In this document: piece by piece, positions 14,001 to 25,347 of the stretch
How positions within the stretch are numbered: position 1 is the stretch's first letter
How the letters are laid out: every line of letters starts with the position of its first letter
Origin: Reclinomonas americana ATCC 50394
Taxonomy: Eukaryota
DNA: 35,618 nt
NCBI GenBank assembly: GCA_048213135.1
Contig: PS015419.1
Span: 104,198 to 139,815, forward strand
Direction: 5' to 3'
The notes under the pieces: generated by a model
The model's input: only the letters and a program-made list of their open reading frames with translations
Told to the model about the DNA's origin: nothing
The model's database searches: none
Translations under genes and position numbers: made by a program

Positions 14001-16862
14001 ACGGCGGCGACTGTTATTGGTCTGCTATGTGCGGCGAGTGCGTGAGGGGGCTGGTGATGGCAGCACACGAGCAATGTTAGTCGACTTCACCTTGCCAGCC
14101 AGTGCGCTGTTGCGTGCCGACTCCTTGGCAACGTCGGCATCTTCGGCGGCAAACTGGCCACGATCACGTTCGTCGGCATCGACATCCAGTCCCTCGTCGT
14201 CGGACAAGTAGCCCTCGGGCACCACAAAGCCCTCCTGCACGAGGCACAAATAAAGTCAGCCCACATCTCACGAATCGAAGATAACAACTGGTGTGCACAT
14301 CATCATCACCTCATCCTCCTCCTCGTCCTCGCCCTCGTCTTCCACGTCGGAATTCTAGCAGACAGAACAGCGGTCAGCAGTGCACGCCTCACAACACCCA
14401 GTGGACGTGCAACACACCAGACTCTCGCCATCGCCCTCCTCCTCCTCTTCCCACTCGGCCTCCGAGTCCACATCGTAGTCCAGCACACCATTGGTATCGT
14501 GACCAAACGGCCGGCGGCCCGACACTCCGCGAGGCTTTCGCGACCGCGTGCCAAAGTACGGCGGACGCACGTCTTCGTGGAAGTAGAGGAATTTCATCCG
14601 CGGCACCAGTGACGGCGACAGCTCGGCGTGCTCGGTGCGGAAGCGTGAACACTTTTGGCGCCACTGACTGCGAAGCTCTTGTCGCTGCGTGGTGCCGACG
14701 CGGTGCCACCGCTGCCGCCATCGCTCACACAAATCTACACAGCCGCCGTTAGACCACCAGGGAACGGGGGAATAAAACAGAGGGAGAGAGAGAAACAAAC
14801 CCTTGATGGGGAGCTCGACGCCGCCAAGCACGCTGGTGATAAACTCGGGAGCATTTTCATCCACCTCACTCAGCGGGTACCGAGAGAGCCATTCGGAGCG
14901 TCTCAGCACCATTGCGCTCACTTGCACCGGAGTCACCACGGTTGCGGCACCGTCGACCACAGACGACACATCGCCAGCGTTGGCTGCCGGCACACCGGCA
15001 ACGGTGGCGACAACACTTGCGGCGGCCGTGGCTGTCGAAGCGACGGAGGCGCCGGCAGCCGACGGAGTGGAGGCAGCAGCGTTCGCACTGGCGGAATCTA
15101 CGCAACACCGTGAACCGACGATCTGCGGTGGTAAAGAGCAGAGCGGTTGCGTACCTCCAGCGGCGCGCCGCACAAAAAAGTCCAGACGCCGTTGCTTCTC
15201 CTGCACGCAGCACAAAGTCAGCACCCAGAAAATGCATGGAGGAAAGCAGCGGCAAGAAAAGCGCAACGTCAGGCACCACTGTAGGCTTGACGCGCGGCTG
15301 CTTGACTGCGGCGCCCTTCTTGCCCTTGGCACCAGTGGCGTCACCGGCAGCGTCGTCCACAGCCATGGCGTCGCCGTCCGCGGCCGTGTCGTCTCCCTCG
15401 GCGGCGGCAGCCTTGCTTGCGGCAGAGGGTGACAGGGGCGTGGCAGAGGCGGCCTTGGCGGCGGCCTTCTCCAGACGCACACGCTCGCGTTCGGCCTTCT
15501 CGCGCTCCTTTTGCGCCTTGCGTTCGGCCTTTTCGCGCTCGCGCTCGGCCTTCTCCCGTTCCTTCTCCACCTTGCTCTGCTCCTTCTCCAGTCGGCCACG
15601 CTGCTTCTCCGCCTGCTTTCGATTCTTCTCGGCAATCTTGGTGGCCGCGCGCAGCTCCTTTTGCAGATTCAACAGCACATCGCGCAGACCCTTGCGCACC
15701 ATGCGGCGCGGGCGCACCACATCGCGTGCGAACCGCGGCAGCGCCGTCAGCGCGCGCGCCTCCCACACGTACAACTCGTGCGCCGCCGGCACATCGTCGC
15801 CCGGCTTCAGGCCATACGGCTCTCGCTTCAACAGCACCTCCAACTTGTCGGCCACGGCCTTTACCGGCAGCCGCAACACGGGTGCAACATCGGCAAACAC
15901 AACGCGATGCACGTGCTCGGCCAGCTCCGCCAATGGCTCCGCTCTGCCACAGGAGAGGATGAACAACAGGAGAAGGGCGAGGACGGCAAGCACAGCAAGA
16001 GGAGACGCACCGGCCCTGCGCCAACACCAACAGAAGAGGGTGATGCTTCTCGGGGAAAGTTGCCGGCAAGTTGGCCTCGGTCCACTCCGTGTACACCTCC
16101 TGCCGGAAGTCCTGCAACAGCAGCGCCGTCTCCGGCGCCGACTGGAAGTCCTCCGGCGCCTCACGCTGCGCGAGCTTCTCCGCCAGTCGCCGCGCACACT
16201 GCACGCAAAGTCGCCGCCATTTTTTCAGTCGTCGCGTCACAATAAGTGACCGACACACAAAACACGCACCTCTGCCGCCGTGGCATCAGCGTCCACCGCT
16301 GAAGCCGCAGTCGCCACCGACTGCTGCGACTGCGCCTGCGACTGCGACACCTCCGCAACACTGTCGACCTCCATTGGCGCCACCTCCACTGGCATCACTG
16401 GCGGTGCAGGTGGTGGCGGTGGTGGCGGTGGTGGCGGCTGTGATGGCGCCGGTCGCGCCGGTGAATCCGGCGACTCACCCGTGTCGCTCGAGTTGCCAAC
16501 CACCTCATCATCATCATCATCATCCACATCCTCCACGTCGTCGTCTGCACGATGATGAAGATGACGCTGCTGCTGATGAAAGTCAACTGCCTCCGACGAC
16601 GACGACGACGACGACTGCAGCTGCTGTGACACAAGCACCGGAGGCGACTGCGACGACGACTGCGACTGTGACTGTGAGGAGCACAGGTCCACCACTTCCT
16701 TGGCCGCCGCCGCAGCCGCAGCAGCTGCCTTGGCACCCGCACTTCCGCCCTCTACAAAACACACATGCACACACAGAATCAGCGCGTGCATGCATGCGTC
16801 TATGTGCGCGTGTTGTAATGCACACCAGTCACGCGCGCGCCTCTGCCCAACCAGCGATCCAT
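11035..16862 (-). CDS. CHAF1A: Chromatin assembly factor 1 large subunit (CAF-1A/p150/Cac1/FAS1) with an additional acidic and helical C-terminal extension; about 22 exons
   Basis: FAS1-like N-terminal region (REPYG...YVWEAR...RRMVRKG), KER coiled coil, PIP-like KQRRLDFFV, KFLYFHEDVRPPYFGT...RRPF...LDYDVDSEAEWEEEE, GFVVPEGYLSDDEG and WHD-like LVKVEEIPLVVK|LVHGS...RWEV. The spliced frame stays open to TAA at 11035. ATG 16862 (MDRWLG). Confidence 0.88.
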
Positions 16863-16973
16863 CTGCGGTGAATGCGCACAAGCAACAAAAAGGCAAAGTG
16901 CAAACCTGGACAATCAAAACGCGGGAATGTCGAAGGCCAATGACGTGGCAATTGTACTTGCGTTTATAACGAG
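16863..16973. promoter_or_regulatory. Bidirectional promoter between CHAF1A and DNAL1 with E2F-like, CCAAT and TGACGTGG motifs
   Basis: 111 nt between divergent ATGs. GCGGGAAT at 16921-16928 (ATTCCCGC on minus), CCAAT at 16937-16941, TGACGTGG at 16941-16948. Confidence 0.5.
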
Positions 16974-17913
16974 ATGGTGAGCGATGTCACTCTCTCCTCT
17001 GTGCGTGTGTGTGTGTGTGTGTGTGCGTCACTCACTCTGTGTGTGTGAGTTAGAAAGGAACAAACGTGCGAGAAGCGCTGAAGGCATGGGAGGAGGAGAC
17101 AGGGCAGCAGGCGGCGACTGCTGAGGAGGTCAAGCTGTTTGGGCGCATTCCACCCATTGAGAAGATGGATGCGTCGCTCTCATCACTCTCCAGCTGCCGC
17201 GTCTTGTCGCTCTCCACAAACACAATCTCACAAATCGCCAATCTCAGTGGCCTCAGTTGCGCGCGCGCCAAAATAACACACACAGTCTCTCCTCTTTCTC
17301 TCGTTCTCGCTGTCTCTTTCTGCCCTATCTCCCCCACCTTTGACATACTCACGCATCCTGTTTTTTCAGATCGACTGGAGATCCTGTCACTTGGCCGCAA
17401 CTCGATCAAGAACTTGGGCGGTCTCGACGCAGTGGCCGACACCTTGCAGCAGCTGTGGATCTCGTATAACAACATCGAGAAGCTGTCGGGCATTGAGAAG
17501 CTGAAGCGGCTGCGTGTGCTCTACATGAGCAACAATCGCGTAATCTCGTGGAATGAGTTTGAACGATTGGTGAGCGACTGAGCGAGTGATCACGGGATAG
17601 CTTGCCGTTTGCATGTTGGACTTATATGTATACACCATCGTGTTACGTGCGTCGCAGCGTGAATTGCCCGAGCTGGAGGACCTTGTATTGGTCGGCAATC
17701 CAATTGAGGCAGCTGCTGGCGATCAGTGGCGGAATGAGGTGACTTGCTCTCTCTCTCTCTCCCGTGTACCGCCGGAAAGCGCTGCAGGGTGGCTTACATG
17801 CATGCGTACAGGTCATTCGTCGTCTGCCCAATCTCAAGAAGCTCGACGGCCACCCCATCTCCAGCGAGGACCGCGAAGTCGCTCTTGGAGGCTCCATGAC
17901 CGTCTCGGCGTAA
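16974..17913 (+). CDS. DNAL1: Axonemal outer-arm dynein light chain 1 (LRR protein); 5 exons, first coding exon is ATG only
   Basis: [76 protein letters not shown]. Confidence 0.97.
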
Positions 17914-18206
17914 AATCGAATTCTTCAAAGAACAGCGTGTGTGTGCTTGTATTTACAGGAGAGCCCGTGGAACAGTGAAAAAGAATCGCTCCCTGTGCAT
18001 TATGTAATCATCGACGATGATTACACCGAAAACGGCCGTGTAAATTGCTCGCGCGACGAAACAACGTTTTGATTTCGAGATCTGCGCACGCCTCTCACTC
18101 TCTCCACCTAGCGACGCACACGCTCTGAAAGATCGTGCAAGAGATTCACACGCACACACAGACACACACAGACACAGAGAGTGAGCGCTCTTGTACTGCA
18201 CCGACG

Positions 18207-21200
18207 ATGAGTGCGTTGACGACGGATCAATTGTTGCAACTGGCTGGCGATCGTCCGCGCGTGCTCGGACTGCCTCCGCCCGGCTCTGCCAACGGGTCGA
18301 TGTCGACCTCGTCGCGTCCTCCGCCTCCACTCACCGAGGCGTTTGTGCGACGAGTGTGGTCGGCGACGGTCGAGTACTGCCGCGATCAGGTCGAGCGAGG
18401 AAGAGTTGCGTGGCGAGATGTAGAGAGTGAGAGAGCAGCTGTGATTGTGCTCGCTGGCTGTGTGCTGATAGAGAGAGGATTTCCGGTCGTCGTCTGTGCT
18501 GCGTAGGGTGTTCGGGTCCTGCAGTTTTGTCTGTTTGGCTTCCAGGTGATCCGCAAGGACCGTGGTCCGCATGGCACGCAAGTGACGCATCGCCCGCTCT
18601 TCCTGCTCGACCAAAAGTTCATCAATCGAGCTGGCGTGTCGCGGCGAGGTCCATCGGAGGCCCTGTCGCGCATGTCTGGCGATGCTCCGATCACCAATCT
18701 CAATGTCACGGTGTTGGCTGCTGCGCTCGACGAGAACAAGGATGAGGTGCAGCTGGCGCTCTCTGCGCTGATCAATGTCATGGCGGAGCGCATGGCATGG
18801 TTCGCACATGTCGGCATGTTGTTTTTCGATATTTTCCTCGGTCGCTCATCTCCGCTGTGCGTGTAGTGGTGCCACCATGCAGGTGTCGTTCCCCGGAATC
18901 GGCCTGCTCGGTGTCAAGCAGCACCGCTATTCGTTCACGTTTGCGGATTCCATGCTCGACACGCTGCACACGCTCGATTCTGCTCTTTCGGTATGTGTGC
19001 TGGCCGACATGTCGATATCAATGATTTGGCGTGCTCGTTTCTGAACACATGATCGTCAGCAACGAGATGCGTCGGAGAATGGACGATCGCCGACACATGC
19101 AGAGGGCTCACTGGTGGAGCGACTACGCACACCGTTGCTCGCATCGTTGCGTCGCACTGTGTGCATTTGAAGGAAATTGATGATGCATCCGCTGACCTGC
19201 AGTGCAGCGGGCATGTGACACTCTCGCCCACCAACGGTGGCAAGGAGGGGCGCTCAGCCAGCGCCAATCGCCGTCCGCGCACCGCGGCATCGACGATCAG
19301 TGCTGCCGGTGGCAGCAGTGGTGGTGGTGGAATTGACTTCACACTCGGAAGTGGTGACCACCGACCGACCACTCCGGCACTGGATGTGCCACGTGGTCGT
19401 CCGCGCGATCTGGACGCCTCTCGTCGTGCGCAGTCGTTGAGCGTCGATGCGGCAGCGCGCTCCCGACCAGGGTCCAGTGCGGGCAGGTACTTTGTGCTTT
19501 GCTCATTGAAGAAACACACACACACACACTTGCTCACCATCGCCCGCAGCATGCGTCCGCACACCCCGGCCGACATTTTGGTGAGACCGCAAACGCCGGC
19601 AAGCCAGCTGGCCAAGATCGTGGGCTCCTCGCGCCTCCAGAATCCCAACGTGGCGTCGCTGGCGCGCAGCTTCTACGACCGCACCACGTACAGGCGATCG
19701 TTTGATCCGGACGAGCAGCCAGTCGAGTCCGAGACTGGCTTTGCCATTCCGCCGCGCACCGGCTCGCGTGTCAACCACTTTATGAGTTCGCTCATGTCGG
19801 CACAGAGCCGTCAGAATGCGACATCGGCAGAGCCTGCTTCTCGCTCGCAACAGCAGGCCGGCACCGCGCAGGTCTGGAAGGTCGGCGACGACGGCATGAA
19901 GGAGATGGTCATGGATGCGTCTGCTGCCCCTCTCTCGCCCCCGTCGGATAGTCATGGTCTGTGTGCGTGTGATTTTGCTTCAATTGAGGTACAACGCCAT
20001 CCGCTGACTTGCGCTGCATGTCAGGTGGCGGTGGTGGGGAACGCAGCATGGGTTTCTCGCCGTATGCTGCACCGCGCTCCGGCGGCTCCGTTCCCTCCGA
20101 AGTGCGCTCCAGTGTCAAGGAGCAAGTGCGCGAGTTCTTGTTGCAGAAGAAGCGCGAGGCCGACTGGGCACGCGACTACAGTCGACGAGGTGCGTGATGT
20201 GTCACTGGGAGTGCGCATTCTTCGATCTCACTGCGATATGTGCGTGTTTCAAACCAGGCCACGGTCCAAAGAAGTTTGAGGGACCCGAAAAGGTGCGCGC
20301 GGACCTCGACGAGCAGGTGCAGCAGAGGCAGATGCTGGCGGCGTACGAGGAGGCCCTGGAGTTTGAGCAGTCGCGCCTCGATTCGGCCGCCGTGGAAAAG
20401 TACCACGAGTCGGAAAAGGTGTGGATGGCGACCCTCGTTGTGATGAGCCGGTGCGCCAGTGTGTGCTCATTGTGTCATTGCAGAGATGGATGCAGAAGAA
20501 GAGACAAGAGCTGCGGGAGCAGATGCTGACGAACCAGGAGGCGGCCAACTCGTGGCGATCGACGCAACGCGAGCTCGGCAAACCGGCCGACATGGGACTG
20601 CTGCTCAGCGACAATCCCAAGTCGCGCAAGCTTGCCGCCAAGGCCAACGCCGAGGACCTACAGAAGCAGATTCGTACGCGGGCTCAGCAAATGGCGTCTG
20701 ATCGACAAAAAGAGATGCAGGAGGCCGAAAACCGCCGCATTCGCGAGACCGAAGAGTTGCGCCCGCCGCCGTGTCCACGCTTGCCGAGTCGCTTGATACT
20801 CATGATGTGATCACACAGGTTGCTGAAACTGGAGGAGGCTGCGATCAGGAAGCGACAGAACAAGATGGCAGACCTGCGCACGAGTCTCGAGTGGCAGATG
20901 GCGCACAAGGCGGAGGCCGTGCCGGCACGCGTGCCGTCCAGCGAGAACCGATTTGCTCGCGGCGCGTACTCGTTTGACGGCCGCCGTGGCAAACTGTACG
21001 AGCAGCAGGCTATGCGCGATTTCTACGACAGGCAGGTCCAGGAGGCGACGCACAAGCAGCGATCGGAGTACGACCAGGAGATCTCACAGCAAGAACAGAT
21101 GCGAGCCAAGATCCAGCAAGAGTTGCGAGCTGAGAGGCTGATGGAGCTGGTGACCATGACTCACCTTTCTGGGTCACCTGCAGAGTCGACGAGGAGTTGA

Positions 21201-21442
21201 AGAAGCGCAAGCATCAGAAGATCAAGACGGCGGAGACGTTGCGTGCCACGTGGGACGATCAGGTGCGACACAGGGTGGCCAGGGAGCAGGAGGAGTTGCG
21301 TCGTGCCCGCGGGATGGTGGATGATGTGTGTGTGGGTGGTTTCTCACCCGTCGTGTGTTGTTCGACGATTAGGTGGGTGGACATGAATACCACCCTCACC
21401 TCCTTGTGCCTCGACAGCGATGTGGCCAACCTCGCAACGTAG
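18207..21442 (+). CDS. CCDC81: CCDC81-like protein: two N-terminal HU/IHF-like domains and a C-terminal coiled coil; about 12 exons
   Basis: VWSATVEYCRDQVERGR|GVRV..F..FGF...RPLFLLDQKF, ITNLNVTVLA and VSFPGIGLL match my recollection of CCDC81 HU-like domains. E/Q/R-rich coiled-coil C-terminus; TAG 21440-21442. Confidence 0.8.
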
Positions 21443-21529
21443 TGAGCACCACCACAGTCGCATACGCAGCAACGCATTTGTTTCCGCCTTCGTTACATAA
21501 ATGTTTCTTGTTGATTATGTGCTCTTCAC

Positions 21530-23274
21530 TCACGTGTTCACTCGCCACGGAAGTGGCACCTCGCCACCAATGTACCGCTGCAAGTCAGCCACTTCAGTGT
21601 CGTCCGGCTCGGCCGCAGTCAGCGTGACCTCGGCGAAGGGGGCTGCAGTGAGGTGAAGTGAGTGAGAAAAATGGAGGTCGTCAGCAAGCATGCAGCTGAA
21701 ACCGTACCCTGGAAGGAGAGCCAATAGTACGCAGGCGGTGCGTCGGGGTCTGTGTTACGCGGTCGAATGGCATCGACGACCATGTCCAGCACTTGCAGAC
21801 CGAAATCTAGACACGCGTGCGAATCCCAGTACGCCTGTCCGTATCTACTTGGAGGTGAGACAAAGAATGCAGTTGGGCACAACGCGAGACACATACGGAC
21901 CTCGGCAACTCGTGTGTGCTCATGTGTTGCACTGCGCGCAACTGCCCCTCGCGAGTTCGAAAGCCGGCCACAATGTGTGGAACGCCCACGAGGTACGACT
22001 GAATCCACCAGCGAACCAGCTTGCTGCATGCACAACTCCATTAACAACAACGACAAACAACTGATTGCATCTCCTGCCTACATGCGCACCGCTCAAACGC
22101 CGCCCGCTGTCTGCACAGAGCACTAGTCAGCCGCATTACAAATATCAACACACTCGGTCTCCAACACACACGAACCCGTCGTGCCCAATGACGGCCGTTG
22201 TCTTGAGCTCCACCTGCTCTCCACTGTCTTGCAGCACGCAGTCGAGCTCGGCCCCGAGGCAGAACCTGCGCCCAACAGTCTCAATAACGACAACACCAGC
22301 TGCGCAACTCGCCGCATCACGACCAACCTGTGCGGACCGAGCTGGCACTCAAACACACCACAATACTCCTGCGAGACGGCCGCCACGCGATCCGCGCCTT
22401 GCTCGCAGCACGCCTCCTCAAAGTTGTAGCCCAGGTACTCAAACTTTTTCGCCTCCGCCGAGTTCGACCACCCATCTCGCTCGGGGGCGTCGCTGCCAGG
22501 TGCGACGTTCGGCTGCACATAAAACGTGAGCCGCTGTCGATGACACTGCGCAGATGCACGTGAGAAGCAGCGTATTAGCTCCCAGTGATGGACGGACTGG
22601 CGCACCTCAACAAGAATGCGCCACGGCTCCGACAACGCGTACGGTGTGCCGAGGATCTTGTTGAAGCTGTTCCTCCAGCTGTAGATCAACGGTCGCCGTT
22701 CTAACCTCTCCTCCGCGCCCTTCTCGGCCCGCTGCAACAGCAGATCGTGCACCTGCGCAATGACTCGCACAAACACGGCATGCGCCGACACCTTGCCCGT
22801 GTACTGCTCAAAGCCGGCGGTCAGATCGAGACCCAGTCGAGGCTCTCGAAACACGCGCTGTTCGGGAGGCATGAGCGGGAGGGGCACGGAGAGGAGGAGG
22901 AGGAGGAGGAGGAGGAGGAAGAGCAGTAGTGAGACACACTCACCGGGGTGCCCGGCACAGTGACATGCGACAGCACATCTGCGACGATCGATGCATGCAT
23001 GAATGATCATCCCCTGAGACAACTCAATCACATTCATACCTCCACTCTCCAGTCGCTCGTGATGCACAGAAAAGGAGCCACGCATGACAGGCCGCACATA
23101 CGCTGCTGCTGCTGCTGTGGAAGGAGGAGCAGACGATGCAGAAGAAGAAGAGCCGCTTTCATGAATTTTGCTGCGTTTCGTCGCCGATTCATCGACCTGT
23201 TCTCCTCGGCGATCGCGTGGACGCTTCTGACCGGCACTGGGAAGCACCGGAAGTGACCACGATCGCGCTGCCAT
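21530..23274 (-). CDS. DXO: DXO/Rai1/Dom3Z decapping exoribonuclease; 9-10 exons
   Basis: WRNSFNKILGTPY, YLGYNFEEAC, EYCGVF, GAELDC, VELKT, FERKLVRWWIQSYLVGVPHIVAGFR. The catalytic E-x-D and E-x-K motifs are intact. Confidence 0.93.
22891..22918. repeat. (GAG)n/(CTC)n microsatellite in a DXO intron
   Basis: About nine GAG units seen directly. Confidence 0.95.
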
Positions 23275-23370
23275 TCGCTTCTGCGTTCCCCAGTTGATTT
23301 TTCGTTTTTATTGAGCACAGAGAGCGGACTGCGGGACCACAGACATGCACACCGACACTGCGGTGGCACA

Positions 23371-24529
23371 TCACATGACACTGCACTTGCCCTTCTTCTT
23401 TTGTGGTGGTGCAGCATCGGGGTCGCCCACATCGTCGTCTCGCAATGGGTAATCGACAATCGCCGCCGGTACAACTTTCTGCTCACCACTCCAAGTCAGC
23501 ACTCTCTCTCTCTCCCCTCAACACATACAGACTCCCCTCTCCCCCACATGGCTTGCCTTTTGTACTTCCAGTTCGGGATTGGTGACAGTGACGCCGGCAA
23601 CGTCGGCAGCGATCTTGAACATCGCCAGGTCGACGTGATCGCCTGCAGCAGGCGCACATCAGTCAACGCCATTCTGTAGTACACACGAATGAACATCACA
23701 ACGCCGCACCCGTCTTGGCACTGGCGAGGAATGGCTTCAGGTTGCGTTCCGTCGCGAAGCTCATGTGCATGTCGTACTTGACAGCCCGAATGTGTGTGAG
23801 GTCCACTGTGGTGAACGAGAATGAGCGCACTGCAGGAGAAAAGAAGGCGCGCCTGAGCAGCGCAACTCTTGTTGCCCATGAGCGCAATGTAGGGTCTTGG
23901 CTTGTCGCGGAAAGTCTCATCGACAAACGACAGCCAGTCTTCGAGGTCTCGGAAGCTCTGCAATCGCCCACTCCATTTGAGCGACGATGAAGACGCACGC
24001 GAGATCCACAGTACAACATGCCTGGTAGTTGGTGATATCATAGACCAGCACAATCGCATGTGCGTTGCGCAGGTACGTGTCGAGCATGGCACTGCCGAGC
24101 TGCTGTCCACCAATGTCCCACAACTGCAGAGATGCGATCACATTGCCTGTGTACAGATGGTGAAGAGTGAGCAGCTGAGGAGGGGGAGGAGTGAGCACGC
24201 GCATAGAGTGAGAGCGAAGGAGACCAGGCAAGGCAATCCTCCGTGCGAAAAAGTCAATGCCAATCGTCTGCTTGTACGAGGTCGCAAACGAGTCCTTGGT
24301 GAAGCGATGAATGAATGATGTCTTGCCCACTGCCTCACACGCACACACATGTAAGCAACACACCAGACACGCTCAACCTCTCTCACTCAGACACACCTGC
24401 GCCATCGCCCAACACCACAACCTTGAGTTGTACCACCTCCGGCTCCTCACTGTCGGTGTCTGAGTCATCGCCTGCCTTGGTGGCGTTCTTGGGCGGTGGC
24501 ATACCGCCACTGCCACTTCCACTCGCCAT
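23371..24529 (-). CDS. RAB28: Rab28 small GTPase with C-terminal CaaX motif (CSVM); 7 exons
   Basis: QLKVVVLGDGAVGKTS, YKQTIGIDFF.RRI.LPG, WDIGGQ, VYDITNYQSF, GNKMDL, SAKTGD, KGKCSVM*. Confidence 0.96.
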
Positions 24530-24648
24530 CACAGAGACGAAGAGAAGGAGGACAGAGACAGAGAGAGACGTTGCGCGTTTCCCGCCAACACAGCTCGCGG
24601 CGGGTCAATCGATCAACGCCGCCTTGTGGAACCTGTGAGTGAGTAAGG
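24530..24648. promoter_or_regulatory. Bidirectional promoter between RAB28 and TMEM107 with a consensus E2F site
   Basis: 119 nt between divergent ATGs; TTTCCCGCCAA at 24578-24588. Confidence 0.5.
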
Positions 24649-25285
24649 ATGGCGTATGGACGCGCAGAGGTGATGGGCCCTGTGCGATTCATGACCACCA
24701 CGCTGCACTTGATCGCAGTCATTGCCGCCGCACTCATGCGAGTTATGTCCGCTCTCTCACACACGCACACACTCACTCACTCACTCTCTCCACGCACACA
24801 CGCACACACACAGGAGACCAACCTCAAGTTCTCCATGTACGATCCGTACGCACCGTCGGACTATTCGCGCATTGAGTTGGAGTTTCGCTCACTCTCTGTC
24901 TCTCTCACATACACACGCGCGCTGGCCTCTCTGCTTACATGTACACCGTGACAGGCTTCTCGTATGCTGCCTGCTCAGCGCACTGGCGTTTATCATTGAG
25001 TACGCCGGACTCTTTGGCGGTTGCACCATGTTTCACCCTGCCTGGAACGCTCTCTGTTGCGCCACACATGCATCCATCGCCCCTTTTCCTCTGTCTTCTT
25101 CTTCTCATTATGTTGGGTATGCAGTGGCGGGGGTGCACTGGGTCGGCGGCATGCTGACGTCGTTCTGGCTCGGCGAAGTCTGGCACTACGCCTATCTGTG
25201 GTACATTAGCGCAGTGTTTTGCTATCTCCCGGCCGCAGCGGAGTTCGTGCGCATTGTGTGGACCCTCAAGTACTCCGACTACTGA
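24649..25285 (+). CDS. TMEM107: Ciliary transition-zone protein TMEM107; 4 exons
   Basis: PVRFMTTTLHL, IEYAGLFGGCTMF, AGVHWVGG, W..YLWYI..FC..LPAAAE; four hydrophobic segments, about 140 aa. Confidence 0.85.
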
Positions 25286-25347
25286 ACACCGACCCGACAA
25301 CGTCGGCCATTGTGCGTCCCATTGACGCAAAATCGACGTGAGTGCGA

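Noticed and set aside
12310-16249. Long plus-strand ORFs (12310-13479, 14912-16249), also 1355-2320 and minus 6880-7722 upstream of 7260
   Set aside because: They are antisense shadows of GC-rich, low-complexity coding exons.
16863-16905. Possible 43-nt 5' UTR intron directly before the CHAF1A ATG
   Set aside because: Splice signals are plausible, but it is shorter than all other introns here and has no frame constraint to support it.
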